Assembly (NCBI GenBank): GCA_951406725.2
Contig: OX597818.1
Span: 99,510,001 to 99,574,000, forward strand
Source of the DNA: Octopus vulgaris
Lineage: Eukaryota
Reading direction: 5' to 3'
DNA length: 64,000 bases
How positions within the stretch are numbered: the first letter of the stretch is position 1; each line of letters starts with the position of its first letter. Of this stretch, positions 27,914-43,149 are shown piece after piece. The notes beneath the pieces were generated by a model. The model worked only from the letters and a program-made list of their open reading frames with translations. It made no database searches and had not been told where the DNA came from. The translations under genes and the position numbers were made by a program.

Positions 27914-29468
27914 CACAATGCCATCCCCAGAAAAGGATGTCATGGGATAAATAGAGACAACAGCTCTTCTATGGAATACATCCATAGCACAAGGAATGCT
28001 GATAGAACATGTTAAGTCAAAATTTCTTCCGAGTGGAAACATTATGGACCTGACATTGTTATTTAGGGTAAAAAAAAAAATAAAGTACAGTTAAAGGAGT
28101 GTATGTATGGACAACTGCTTCAAATGGAAGTATGTCTGCCTTCCAAAGTGTGTTCATTTGTGTAACACAGCGATGCTTATGTGTAAACATATGTGAAATA
28201 TATTGGGTTGGTAACATTAAAGACGAGGAAGAACAAGAAGAGGATTGACAAATGGAAGTGTCTGTACGCGTGTTTCTCTATAGTTATGTAGGTGTTTATA
28301 AAAGACGGAGGAGGGAAGACTTTTTTAAACTAACCTAAGGAAGAGCAAAATTGTAATAAAAAAGCGAGACGAAGTGAATACCAATGCATAACATACGAAT
28401 GTTTATTTGTGAAATTGTGTGCTTGCGTGTGTATATGAGCGTGAAAGAGAGTGAGCGTGAGATAGAGAGAAGGAAAGAAGGAGAAAGAAAGACAAAAAGG
28501 AGAGGGTAAGTAGGGAAGAGCAAAAAGAGAGCATGAAATAAATTTCGAAGTGAAAGAAAAAGTATAAAGGGAACAAAAAGTGAGAATAGCGATCAGAAAT
28601 ACAGAGTAATTCCGATAAATGAGCATAAATGGGATTAGGCTTCCGATTTTCTTTTATCACTGGATACGTTATCAGCTGTTACTTCCGGTTATGAAATAAA
28701 GATAGTACATGCGTAATACATACGCGTACGCATAGGCATATACACTTAAATACACGCATACATGTATACGCACAAACATGTAGGCACAAATACACATACT
28801 CAGGTATAAAAATAACAAAAATACAATATCAAAACGAAATGAAATATGCGCAAAAGAACTAAGTGATAACGTTAGAAAATATGAATGCAGTAGGAAAATA
28901 ACATGTAGAAAAATTTTGAACACTTAAAATGATAACTAAATGGAAATGTCGAACGAAAGATATTTGGAGGTGGAATGAGTATGCTACAAGACTAACAAAG
29001 ATGAAAGAAGAAAATATATTAAAAACAAGGAGAGAAAAAAAAAATATAAACTAAAATGCAGAAAGGCAGTAATGAATTGTAAAACAATAACCATTAATGA
29101 TACAATCATGAAATATGGACGTTGACCGAGAAATAGACGGTCGTAAAAGAAAGAGTTTGAAAGTAGGAAAAACAGAAATGAAAAGAGTTAAAGATAACAT
29201 CACGAAATATGGCAATGAATTAAATTATTATCTTAGCAACCAACTCCGTCTTCTTAATGTCTCATGGTGATTATTGCACGATTGCAAAAGATTTCTTGAG
29301 ACGAGACGCCGCTGACAGATATGTGAATATCGATAGAGAAGTCATCGAGTTGATGTAGATATGTAGAGGATACACCTACAGCGAATGAAATACTTTCATA
29401 GAATGTATATACGGATGTATATGTGGGTGTATGTAAATGGTTGAGCATGTCTGTGTGTGCGTGCGTGT

Positions 29469-29502
<34 letters not shown>

Positions 29503-29589
29503 CTGCACGCGCTCAAGCACGAAATGTAGCATATATAGCATTGATATTGGGTTTTGAACATGGTGATTAATTAATGATTGTTCTATTCT

Positions 29590-29614
29590 CTGTCTCTGTC
29601 TGCATCTCTCGCTG

Positions 29615-29683
<69 letters not shown>

Positions 29684-29730
29684 ATCTATATAAACATATA
29701 TATGTGTATATATATACATATATATACGCG

Positions 29731-29790
<60 letters not shown>

Positions 29791-29881
29791 AACCTACCTA
29801 CCTACCTACCTACCTTTATACCTACCTACTATCTACCAACCTACCTACCTACCAACCTACCTACCTACCTAGATATGTGTA

Positions 29882-29912
<31 letters not shown>

Positions 29913-29944
29913 TTATCTAACTATCTATCTATCTATCTATCTAC

Positions 29945-29980
<36 letters not shown>

Positions 29981-29985
29981 ATATT
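29590..29985 (+). repeat. Compound (TC)(TA)(TATC)(TACC) microsatellite
   Basis: Direct reading. Confidence 0.9.
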
Positions 29986-30553
29986 CATATGCAATTTATT
30001 TCCTCTTCCTAATCAGTATATTTCGCCTCCCACCTTTAGTTTTTGATATTCTATGTTCTGTTCTTCTCTTTCTCTGTTTCAGCCTACTTTATTAGCTTTA
30101 AAGTTGATGCTACACTGTATTAGATTAAATACTTTTTCTAATACCATTTGCTTTTTTACTAGTTCTTAATCAAATGCACTGCACGACTGGAAGGAAGTAC
30201 GGATAGAAAACAAATGTATTTGAGTTTATCTGTATACGTGTGTGTACGTAGATGAAATTGTAGTATGCTAGTGTGTTGTTTGTATGAAAGATGATTACTA
30301 CAGATGTTAATGGCCGATTGCAAGAAAAAATACAAACAATATTTCACATTCTTTGAAATAATATTCTAACATCTATAGTGAATAGTTGCGAAGGATATGA
30401 TTGGTTATTCGGTTAAATTCCCTGGGTAGAGGCATGCAATCGGAAAGAAGCCGAAACCTAAAACAATTTTTATGTTATGTATATAGATACATATAACTAT
30501 TTTGTATATAACTACATACTATTTTTTTAAAAGATGTACCAGACATGACTTAT

Positions 30554-31031
30554 AGGCGTGGATGTGTGGTAAGAAATCAATTTCCCAGCTGAATGGTTTC
30601 GGGTTCAGTCCCACTGCGTGGCAGCTTGGGCTTGTGTAATCTTCTAGAATTCCGGGTCGATCAAAACGCAGTGAATGGATTTGGAAGGCGGAAACTGCAA
30701 AACACCTCTCGTGCATAGACAGACAGACAGACAGACACACCACATATTTGTGTAACATTGTCCGTTTTTTCCGTCCTTGTTTTTGTATACATTCGCTGCT
30801 TTCTTCCAAGGAATCTAATGCTCTTAGCTTAGTTTTTCCTTGCGGCTGGCCAGATTGGAGCAATCTCAAGAAAAATCAGCCGAAATTGCGAGGATAATCT
30901 GCTGTTTCACCGAGGAAAGAAAACTTTCAATGACCCGTCCTTGTTTTCTTTGTATCGTCTATCTGGATGTTTTGTTGTCCCTTTTTGTATCACCTAGCTG
31001 TCCGGATGTCTTGCGTTCTTGTCCCATTTTG

Positions 31032-31069
<38 letters not shown>

Positions 31070-31265
31070 CTCCCACCACTGCTTGACAACTGATGTTTAT
31101 TTGGTTACATTCTCGTAACTTAACGGTTCGGGAAAAAGAGTTCGATGGAATGAGTACTAGACTTAGAAAAGAGCACTAAGGTGTATTTACTCGACTAAAT
31201 CTTTCAATGTGTTAAACCAAAATGGCCGCAGTCTAATAACTAAAAGGGACAAAAGATAAAAGAAG
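30554..31265 (+). mobile_element. Diverged SINE family A copy split by a nested ~290-bp repeat (about 30745-31035)
   Basis: Head at 30554-30715 (GGGTTCAGTCCCACTGCGTGGC...TGGATTTGG..GGCGGAAACTG) and 3' half at 31068-31265 (GCTTGACAAC...ATGGCCGCAGTC). Confidence 0.75.
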
Positions 31266-31351
31266 AAAGATATCTATGTATCTCTCCCTGTAAATATACA
31301 CATACGTCCACACATACACACACGTACACACGTACACACAAGCATATATAA

Positions 31352-31415
<64 letters not shown>

Positions 31416-34400
31416 GTATATCAACGTATGTGCTTCTATAAGTGTGTATAATGCCGCCTTGTATAAAATTAAATATTTACATATTAACGTAAAATAAGAC
31501 ATGAATGCGTAGTAATTTTACTTCCAGTTCCTTCCCGAAGTTTCGCATGTTACTAATAAGATAATCTTCAAACAATTTCATGATAGAGAGACACTATTAT
31601 CATATCAAAACTTACAATCAAATTGTTATACAATACATCTAATATATACATATTAACACACAGCGTATATATAAGCATGCATTCAATACACACACATATA
31701 TATATATATAATACACACATACATACATACATATATGTATATGTGTGTGTGTGTGTGTGCGTGTGTGGGCGGGTGAGTGCTTGTCTGCCTGTCTGTGTAT
31801 ATAGGTATGCATATATAAATTTGTCTATAACTTGCTGCATTAGAAGGCATGGTAGACAACATGTATAAATTAATATTTATGAGCGTATCAAGCGTATTTG
31901 CATATAACTTTGATATTGTGCATCCATTCATCGATTTGCAGACATTAACATACATACTTTTACGTATACATTCATAGAAAGCGCTTAGACCTATACACTT
32001 ATAGACATATGTATGTATGTATAAGTACACACACACATATATATATATACATACACGCACACATATATATATATATATATGTAGATACCTATATATATGT
32101 ATATATGTATGTATATGCCCATATATATATATGTATACAAACCCACGCACGACTACATACGCACACACATATATACACATGCATATTTCGCTGTACCTCT
32201 AAATTAACTGTGACACAAATACAACATTGTATTCCCCGTCTTTACAGTAATCTGACTGACATCATCGCTACAAAACCAGCTTAGAAGTGACACTAAGTTG
32301 TTACCCTTCATTTTCACATAGATCATACTACATCGACCAAACTGATTGTCTGAAATTCTTTTAGCAAATGGTAGGACGCATTATCTATTGTCACATAACG
32401 CTTTTTCCCACCGCCTCTTTCTTCCTCTCTTCCAATTGTCATATTGATTCTTATTGGCTGCCAATCAAGTCTAACGTGCTAAATTGTCTTGACAGGCAAT
32501 TTCTAGACTATTTCCCTTGGTATGCACTATATTAAACATTTTCTCTTCACATACTTTCTCCTTACCTTATGCTCTACTAAATTCTCCGCTATTCCACCAA
32601 TCACTTGTACTTTTCATCTTTATTTTATTGATATCTATAACTCGCTTTTAACAAACTAGCCTTCAAACAGCTACAGTTAAACCGAATTTATCTTTGAAAA
32701 TCTATCTATATTGCTTTTCCAAAATTTGCCAGACAAATTCTTGATACATTTTATTTCTCTATAAGTTTTTTTGCTGTTTCTGTTGTGAAACACCTTCGAT
32801 ATTGTATTTACATTATTTTTAAATACTGATATTGTTTTTAAATATTTTAAAGAAAAACGTCGTAGTAGTTTCTGCACATTTTTAGTCGAACATAAAAATA
32901 TTATCGTTCTATGTTGTACTAGGAAATTGCGACGCTGTCTCTGTCCTGTTTTTAATCAAATTACTTCACTATTTCTGAACAGCCATCGATCATATTCACT
33001 CTCTGAACGTCTGCGCATTTTTAGCCAAACATTAAAATTGTGTTTTATGTATTTTGCTTAAATTGGAACACTTACATCTCCATGGTTTCCAATTCACATC
33101 ACAGCAACCATTTATGTTTAATTTAAGAAAAGAAAAAAGAAAAAAACAACCCAAACACCAAACCAAAAAATACATTTTTAGCAGAGAATTTCAAGTCAGT
33201 CATCAAACTCACTTTTGAACAAATTTCTGGCAAAAGCAACATACACCTCACATATACACCCGCGTACAAATAATTATACAAATAAACACACATACATATG
33301 CAGGCGCATACATCTTCATATGCTATCTATTTGTTGACACGAGTCCAAGCTGATGTCGTACAACTGACTAAAAAGTCGCGGTTTCATATTTTACATTCTT
33401 CAACGCTGACACAATTTTTTTTGTATTTAATATCCTGTTCTTATTGATTAACCTCAGATAAGCCCTTTCTGGCAAACTTATAATCAAAAGCCTTCTGTTC
33501 CTGTCCCACCACTAACTTTTTCAAGCATTAATTATTTAGTACTGTGTTACCCTATAGATTATTATTTTTTTAGGACGGTAGAATGTGATAAGAGAGAATT
33601 TTGATGGCTATTTTAGGCAAATAGAGTGACCACCAAGAGGTTTCCTTGCTGGAGTTATGATCAGGCACTAAATGTACATTTAGAGGATCCCTATTTTAAG
33701 TAGCTGTTACTGAGAGCTCCGTTTCTACTTGCGCTGGTACATGTGGGAAAGAGACAGAAACAACACACCGATATACATATTCACAGCTTGCCGTTCACTT
33801 ACTCAGCCGCCTTTGAGAACCATTTCGATAATGTATCGAGATTCTCGATTGGATCAAGAACTAAGTGCAATGATTACTTCTGAGTCAAACTTATCACATA
33901 CGAGCAGGCATCAATCACTCGTATGATAGACAAAAAAGATGTAACTAAGACAACAACGACAGCAGTGATGATGACAACGATGTCTCGGCGACAATAATGC
34001 CCGACAACGAAGGGGACAAACAGCAACAACAACGCTGAGAATGACGAAGATGGTAAGAGCAATACCGGCACCAAGAGAGATGAGAAAACAACAACTGGGT
34101 GTCTGTTGGCGCCAGAATTGACCTATACACTACCAAAAAGATGTGTCCAACTGAAATACTACCAACCCTGCATGCAAGTCAAAGCATACTTTAAACTCTG
34201 CAACACAGTTTATATTTAAACGCCTGTTGCTCTGTTTAGTTTATGGCTTGGACAGTAAAATTCGAATAATTTCTCTTTGCGCATGTCTTCGTTTATCAAT
34301 CAGGCAATAAGTAAAGAAGCAGCAGCTAAAGCACTATGCAGTCGCTCCTGCATGAGCAACAAAATTTCCCCAGATTGCACATTACCGTTGTAGGAAAGAA

Positions 34401-34744
34401 CACGCTAGATAATGTGGTAATGGATACATTGTGCCTAGGGAAAAGTCATAACAGTAGTAACTGGATTACCTTTTATAATAAGTTTCCTTGATAGAGGCTC
34501 AGTTGAGACTAAACCACAGCAAAGTGGTTGACTGAAATCGGAGTGACAGTTGTGAATTTCTTGTTTAATGTATTTTTCTTCACTTTCTGCAGTGATGTTA
34601 TTGAAAAGACAAGAACATCACAACCACCTCTCTCTAATACAGAGTTTTTGCATAGAGTCAAAAAGAAACAAATTATGATTTCTAACGTTGGCACAAAATC
34701 ACTCATTTTGTAGGATGAGTATTATCGATGACATTGGCCTTCAT

Positions 34745-34825
34745 TATTGATGGTATTTTATTTTATCAAAATTCGGAAGGATCAAAGGCGAAGATGACTT
34801 TTAAAGAATTTGAACCCGAAACAAA
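34745..34825 (-). mobile_element. Decayed SINE family B fragment
   Basis: GGAAGGATCAAAGGCGAAG...GAATTTGAACCCGAAAC resembles 1-50. Confidence 0.5.
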
Positions 34826-35988
34826 GAGGGTTGCAACTAAATATCACATGGCATTTCATCCGAAGCTTTAAAGATTTTGTTGATTCAAAGCACTGAGCGT
34901 TAGAAAACAGCAAGTAAGCTTCTGATGGTTGGTATTTTCTTTCAGCTATGATGATAATATACCAGATATATTCATGGAATCCATCATATCCCATTTCACA
35001 CCCTTACTGTAGAAGGTGCATATATCTAGTTGAACGAATCAACTCAAATATGAACACTTTTCCATTTTAAAGTTAAAATGTTACGCAAAATATACATTTG
35101 ATCTAACTTCTTCAAAGATACCACAGAAGCGCACATTTAATCCTGTCATTTTGACTTCTCGGGAAACTTTTAATACACCAATGACTATTTCTCGTGATTC
35201 CTCTTAGGGTTGAATCTCATTAGAATTAGTGATAGAGAGACATGTTCAGACAATGTGCAATGCAAATACTTTCTTGTAGGTACCGAAAATTGTTATTCCC
35301 GCTTCCCGCTGTTGTTGTTGGTGTTACTTAGCTCCATATCAGCTTTGTCCTAGCTATCTTTTCATCAAAAATATTCCCGCAGTAAGCATTCCGTCTTCTA
35401 TTAAGTGTTTCTAAGACGGTGTTATTTCGCATGGTTGGTTCTTGTAAAGAGTGAAATGAGGAAGATTTGGCTGTTCTATAAACTGGTCAAACAACAACGT
35501 ATATGGTTCTTCGTTGGTTCGTATACGACTGGGTACTATGGAATGATTGAAATGATATGATGCAAACAGCAGTGACAGTACATGATTTCGAGTGTTTCAT
35601 GAGCTTACGGCACTGAGTAAAAATTCCTGTTACGGATAAATGCCACACAGCAAAATAATTTCTATACCATCACCAACAGCAGTAGACAAAAACAAACAAA
35701 CAAACAAACAAACAAGACTAATACATAAGAACAACAACAATAACAACAAAAATCAGAAAGGAAGTAATAATAAGACATAAACACATTCTCAGAGTAACAT
35801 CCAAACACAGAAACAAACACACGCAAATATACAATGTGTCGAACACACACGTAGACATGTAGACACAAAGGAGGTATTTGTTTGAATATATAACTTCCCC
35901 TGAAGCTATTGTTCGAAGACATTTAGAAAATTAATAGAAAGGAGTAGAGGACAGAATGCAGAGAGAGGGAGAGAGAGAGAGAGAGTGT

Positions 35989-36019
<31 letters not shown>

Positions 36020-36379
36020 CGAAGTATATGAATGTTATAACATTTGGAAGTCGCCATCTACAATTCTAACATTAATAGTTTTGTTTAGTAACATGCCCAC
36101 GCAATCATTTATGTAGTAAAACTTGGATAGGGAAGAAAGAAAGAGCGAAAGACGAAGGTATACAGAAGGGAAGAAGGAGAGAGGGAGAGTGGAAAGAGAG
36201 AGAAAAGAGAGAAGGGAGAGAGATTGGGCTGAGAGAGACTAAGAAAGAGGGAGAGTGTGAGAGAGAAATAGAAAGTAGAAAAACGTAAGGCAAAGGAATG
36301 GAGGAAAGGAAGAGCGAAGCCTATTTTGACAGAGCATTGGAATTAATCTTCTAAAATTACACCTATAAAAGCTCTGGAA

Positions 36380-36616
36380 CACACATACGCATACACACAA
36401 ACACATACATATACACACACATGCATATATATATATGTATGCACCATAATAAATGTATTCACGTAGGTACCAATATATGCATAGGCCCATACATACGCAC
36501 TCGCACACATTAGCAGATGCACACACCTACATATAGACACATTTACATGTACAAACACATCTACATACACACAAATATACATATGAACTTATATATATAT
36601 ATGTATGTATATATAA

Positions 36617-36665
<49 letters not shown>

Positions 36666-36801
36666 AGTGTGTGTTTGTGTGTGTGTATATATATGTATGT
36701 ATGTATATATTTATATATACACTCACATATATATATTTATGCACATATATATATATGAACATATACATATATATAAAGATATACATACATATATATATCT
36801 G

Positions 36802-36890
<89 letters not shown>

Positions 36891-37586
36891 CTCTCTCTCT
36901 CTATATATATCTGTCTGTCTGTCTGTCTGTCTGACTGTCTGTCTGTCTATCTATATACGCACATGTGTGTGTATGTATATATGTATGTATATGTTTACTT
37001 GCAATTGTTTTTATTTTATTCTATTTATCGTTTTCTCTTTCGAGAAGGCTAACAGACACACGCACACACACACACATGCACACACATACAAACATGCATA
37101 TATATATATATATATATATATTTCGATTACCCACAGGTATTTATGTGCACTCACTTCCGGTTGATAGAGCAACTAAAAAGCTTTCTCAGCTTGCCGGCTC
37201 CTAGTTTCTCTAGCAGTAACTGCAGATTTATTTATTATGAAGCAAAACTATATTACCATCTAATTCATCGTGATTGATTTCCCTTTTGTCCTTCGATAGA
37301 AAAATGAAGTAAAAAAGCAACAACAACATCTAAACAAGTAAAAGAAATATCACTATAAAAAATACGGAAATATAAAAAAAAAAATACCCAGCACAGCAAA
37401 AATAAAAGCGAAATATAAATGTCTAACATGGAAAAAGTTAATCGTTCCAATCAATTCTTTTAGCAGTATATCCGGCCGTTTTTAAACTTCCGGCTATACG
37501 TAGAAGAACTTGCCGTGGAGAATGTTACTAGTGTAACTGTTTCCATATCTTACACCCCGTGCGAAAATCGAAAGTGAGAGAAAGAA

Positions 37587-37630
<44 letters not shown>

Positions 37631-37726
37631 TCGAAATGTGAATGAAGCAGAATGGGAAAGTATGTGACAAAAAAAGAGAGAGGGATTTCGGAGAGATAAA
37701 TAATGGGAATAAAGCGAGAGCGTGAG

Positions 37727-37762
<36 letters not shown>

Positions 37763-38085
37763 GTACATATATATATATATACGTGTACATATATATATAT
37801 ATACATATATATAAATATACATATATATATATATATATATACGTATATCTATCTATCTATATTTATATATATATATATATATATACATAATATATACACA
37901 CATATATATATACATACATATATATATATACATATATATGTATGTATATATATAGAGTATAACATGATTAATATAATATAAAATATATATATCATAATAT
38001 ATGGCATATATATATATCATATATGATACACACACTCAAACATACATACATATGCGGAGAGAGAGAGAGAGAGAGAGAGAGAGCA
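36380..38085. repeat. Compound microsatellite field (CA, TA, TATC, TGTC, GA)
   Basis: Direct reading. Confidence 0.85.
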
Positions 38086-39500
38086 GCGAAAAGGGAGAGA
38101 GATCAATTTAAAGTGAGATCGAGAAAGTACAAGGGAGTACGATGATGGAAGACAGAGAATGTGGAAGCAAAAGAAGATAATAATACAGAACTTTTGATCC
38201 CACCAGCATGGATCAAGTTACACGACTCCAATGCATCTGAAAGAAAAAAACCTGACATGAATTTGAATAATGACCAGGATACTTACATGTGGCAATTGTT
38301 TTTACTTGTACTAAATGCATACATACATACATACATACATGCGTACATGTTTGTGTGTGTGTATGACCGTATAAATCTAATGTGTTTCTGAAATATGGCT
38401 GTTTGTCTATGTAAGGCTAACTGAAAAAATTTACAAAATAAAACCATTTTCATCATTATTCACTGTCTTATAGTGAAAGTTTCTATAATGCATTTATCGA
38501 TTTGTACAGTACTAGCGTGTTTCAATTACATTGTAAATTATTCGTATATACGAACTGTTTAAGAATATTTCTGAAGCCATTAATGCTTCAAATTATCTCC
38601 CCTGCCCTTCGACACTCTTCTTTCATATTTCTTTCCAAATGCATTCGCTTGAAATGACAATACGTTGAATTTTGTTCAATATTTCAAATATAATTATTTT
38701 TGTTCAATATTTAAAATAGAATTATTTTTATTCAATAAGCAAAATATAATACATTTTGTGATATCACCCTTCATAGACGTTCACAAATAAGCGGTTATAG
38801 CTTAAAGCCATTCTATTCTATATTTTATGCTGATTCTAGCAATCACTAAATTTTTTGTACGTGATCTTACACTCAAACAAACAAATACACACACACACGC
38901 AGATACACGCAGACACACACACATAATCATAAGCACAAACAAACACACACAGACACTGGCACATATACACAAACACACACACGCAGATACAGACACGTAA
39001 AAACTTTAATGTCTGAAGCAAACAACAAGGAGCTAATTCGAAAATATGGAGAAAATTTTGATAAAACAGCCAAGACTATAGCACTTGTTTTTTCAATATA
39101 ATGTTACAGAAAAACTGTTCCCTGTAGAGTTGCATATCTTTACAGTGAAGAACTTCGGTTTGCAAACGTGTGGTTACAGGTTCAATATCACAATATACAA
39201 AATGGCAGATCGTTAGAAAAGAGAAATACAATAAAGAAAGAAAAAAACAAAGGGCCACTGACGAGGCCACAGAAGTTTGATGAAAGAACTCTGACCGAAA
39301 TACAATTAATATGAAATAAGTTGAAGTAAATATATAGTGCGTGTGCTTTCATTGGCTAAATTGGCAAAACTACCATCCCTAAATCGAACAATTTATCTAT
39401 CTATCTATCTCTCTGTCTGTCTATCTATCTGCGTATATATACACACATATATAAATATGTATATATAGGTAGATATACATATATATGTGTGTGTGTGTTC

Positions 39501-39533
<33 letters not shown>

Positions 39534-40923
39534 ATAATTAATATATGAATATATGCATATATACATACATATATGTACAAACCTACATATATATGTATAT
39601 ATACATGCACATATGGGTACAGTACATAAAAAAAAATCGTTGAACACAACAAGAAACGAAAACATAAAAACAAAAACATAGAAACGAACTTTGTTTCGAA
39701 CAACGATAAAAACAAACAGAGAAACGAGACATACAATATAAAGAATATTCCCCTACTTCAGTTGTTCCTCTTTCATCTACTCCACGTTCCGAAATGCATG
39801 TATCTTATAGTAAAAACAGCTGTAAGCTAATGGATTTCATTATATCATTTCTTGTTCCCTTGTCAGTTAATTTGTTTTTACGCTCTATATTTGACCAACA
39901 CTTCTCGGAAGCGTATACATGTATTGAGTTCTATTACTCGGTTAGCAGTAATAGTGTGTCTGTCAAATATTAAAATATAGTTGTATATATAAATACCAAC
40001 ACAAGACATAAATACACACACACATACGTACACATACAAATTTATACATATACATATATGCATGTACATGCGTACATACACACATACATACAAATATTCA
40101 TAAGCTGAAAATACTTGTATATTCGGAGCCATCAATCTCATCGTGCTGGCACACTCACGTCATACACATACATACGTACACACTAACACAATCCCCACGC
40201 ACTTATTTATATAATTAGTCTAGCTGTAAAATTGCTTTGAGATTAGCTATGTTGTGTTAAATTTATAATCGATGCAGGGTTTAAGGTAAGGTGTATACTG
40301 GTTCTACATTTCCTGTGTCTGACACATCAATTAATACACTTTGTTGTATATTCTATCGAGTTGCTAGCTGTATAGTTTCTCTAGTATCGGTCATCGAAAG
40401 TATTAAAAAATTAACTCGAAATAAATATGTAGTGGAAAATAAAACCCAGCAAAAAAACATCAATAACAACAACGACAACAACAACAAATCAAGTAATGCA
40501 ATTTTATCCATATTAGCAAGATTTATTTTTATGCGAAATACTAACAACAACTCCAGACAGGTTTCATACTTAATCTGATCTCGTCATTGAAGCAAAACAG
40601 TCTCTGTATTTACCAAAGTAATGTTAAAAGTATAACTTGATAAATATACAAGATAGTACTCATGTTGGCGTTGGAACAGAAACTTTGAGAAATTTAATAT
40701 CTCGGAGACGTCTTCATGAAATAAATAAGTAATATGTTAATATTAATATATTTAAAACGGGACATATTAAAAAGCCAACTATAAATAGGAAGTAAGTATA
40801 ATATGATATAAGTTAATAACTAATGTTATTTTCATTTTTTTAGGAAGTTCGTGAGATGACTGTATACGTTTCGGCCTTAGTCTGACCGCATCAGCAAGGC
40901 ATAATTTTTACTGTAATTGCGAG

Positions 40924-41341
40924 AGTAGTGATGAATGTTTCATTAAGTAAATGTAGAAGATTGCACATTAGCTGGTGTAGGAAAGTAGAACTGGATAAAA
41001 TTTGAATGATTCAGAGATACCATCTGAATGAAAAAATAAAAACAGAAGAAACGGTTACACTGGAGTCAAAGAAATTTTTAGAAGAACGCTCAGCTGTTAA
41101 ATAAGACTTGAAATTTCTCTCATATCACATCCTATCAACACAGTGGTGATGAATGTGTCATTAGAAGATTGCACATTAGCTGGTGTAGAACTGTATAAAA
41201 CCTGAATGATTCAGAGATGCCATCCGAATGGAAATATAAAAACAAAGCAAACGGTTACACGGGAGTCAAAGAATTTTTGAGAAGAACGCTCAACTGCTTA
41301 ATAAGACATTGAAATTTCTCTTACACCACATCCTATCAGCA
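40924..41341 (+). repeat. Diverged head-to-tail duplication of ~210 bp of unique sequence
   Basis: Units 40924-41141 and 41142-41341 share AGAAGATTGCACATTAGCTGGTGTAG, TGAATGATTCAGAGAT, AAACGGTTACAC, AGAAGAACGCTCA, TTGAAATTTCTCT. Confidence 0.9.
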
Positions 41342-41846
41342 TAAAACAAACAAAATCTTCAAAAACACTTCAGTCAATGTCATCCTAGAAAATTAGCAGG
41401 ATTCATTTGAAATTGAATATTTTTGATAATAATTTTGCTGGATCAGTTGTGACCTGGAACTAAAAATGTCAACAACAACAACTTTAAAAAATGCCAGAAG
41501 GCAACAACGAGATAGGTTTTGTTAGTGTTTAAGTTAACCAAAATGAATAATGCAGCAACCACATCAGCTATGGTCTAGTGCAAGCATTCAGTATTATAAA
41601 ATCATAGTTTTAATAAAAACAATGCATCCTCCTTGAAATGACAGCTGTTAAACACTTGCAGGCCTTTCCGTAGCTGCATTCGAATCTCTCAGGAATAAAT
41701 TAAAATAAAACAATATAATAAAACAAAAACAATTTTTTTCTTCTGGAAGATTTTGTGAATAAGAGAATGTCAGACGTTCCCTGCAAACGCAGAAACCTGA
41801 ACACTGACATTTTAAGGTATAAAACCCACAAGAGAAAATAAAGATC

Positions 41847-41893
<47 letters not shown>

Positions 41894-41930
41894 GGGGAGA
41901 GAAAGAAGTATTAGAAGAGGAATGAGAGAG

Positions 41931-41967
<37 letters not shown>

Positions 41968-41968
41968 T

Positions 41969-42005
<37 letters not shown>

Positions 42006-42891
42006 AAGAGAGAGAATTTCTTTATTCACCATAAGTTTGAAATAAAAATGGGGACGATACGAGGACGGACAAAACAAACATTGGGGTCACGGTATCGAAT
42101 GCGACGAAACGTATGAATAAGGAGAGAAAGAAAGAGAGAGAGGGAGGGAGGGAGGTTTTAGGAGGGGAATGAGAGAGACATTGGGTGTATGAACAGTATC
42201 TCTCTCTTTCATAAAATTCTTGAAAGAAATTTCTAGACCAGACCTGTTCTAACATGAAAATCAACTAACAGTTTCTTCAAAATGCATTCTCAACTACGAG
42301 ACAATCTGTATCATTTCATATAGCATATAGAGACAAGCTTTCATTATTAATGCAGATCTGTTACACACTCACGCATCCACACTTTCACAAAAACACATGT
42401 ACACACATACACACATGCCCACATACAATTTCCCTTCTATCGCTTTCTCTGTCTCTGCCTCTGTCTCTGTGTCTCCGTTTCTCTTTTAAATTACTTCTTT
42501 GTCTCTGTCTCGATTCAAGTATTGTCCGTAGGAAGCATAAATGAAGTTTGTGGATTCGTGTTGCCGTTTGTTATTGACTTCAGTTTTATGTAAACACACC
42601 AGAAACAGCTTTTTGTATAGAAGTCATCTTTTACATCTGACAACCGCATCATAGATACATTTTCGTGCGTCTACTTGGCGTTTTGGTTGGTTATGTAAGC
42701 GGCATTCTTTTATGTTGTTCTAGGTTCGGTTTGCTTTTGTAATTTTCTCCGCTCTTCTATTTCCAATCTTTTATTGCGAAATGAAATAGTATCAGTGGAT
42801 AATGGATAATGTTATGATGTTATTATTTAGTGTGATTCACTCACAGTTTGCCATTGTCCATCAAAACGGCTGGATAATTATATACATAAAA

Positions 42892-42926
<35 letters not shown>

Positions 42927-43117
42927 TATATACATACAAACATATATATACATATATATATGTTTATATATATATACACAAATATATATGTACATATATA
43001 TGTTTATATATATATGTACATATATATGTCTATATATATATATGTATATATGTATGTATGTATATATTTATATATCTATATATACATACACACATAAATA
43101 TATATGTGTATATATAT

Positions 43118-43149
<32 letters not shown>

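Noticed and set aside
39258-39308. CTGACGA...GAAA with a good stem II as an active hammerhead
   Set aside because: No pairing stem I or convincing stem III; counted only as a decayed motif
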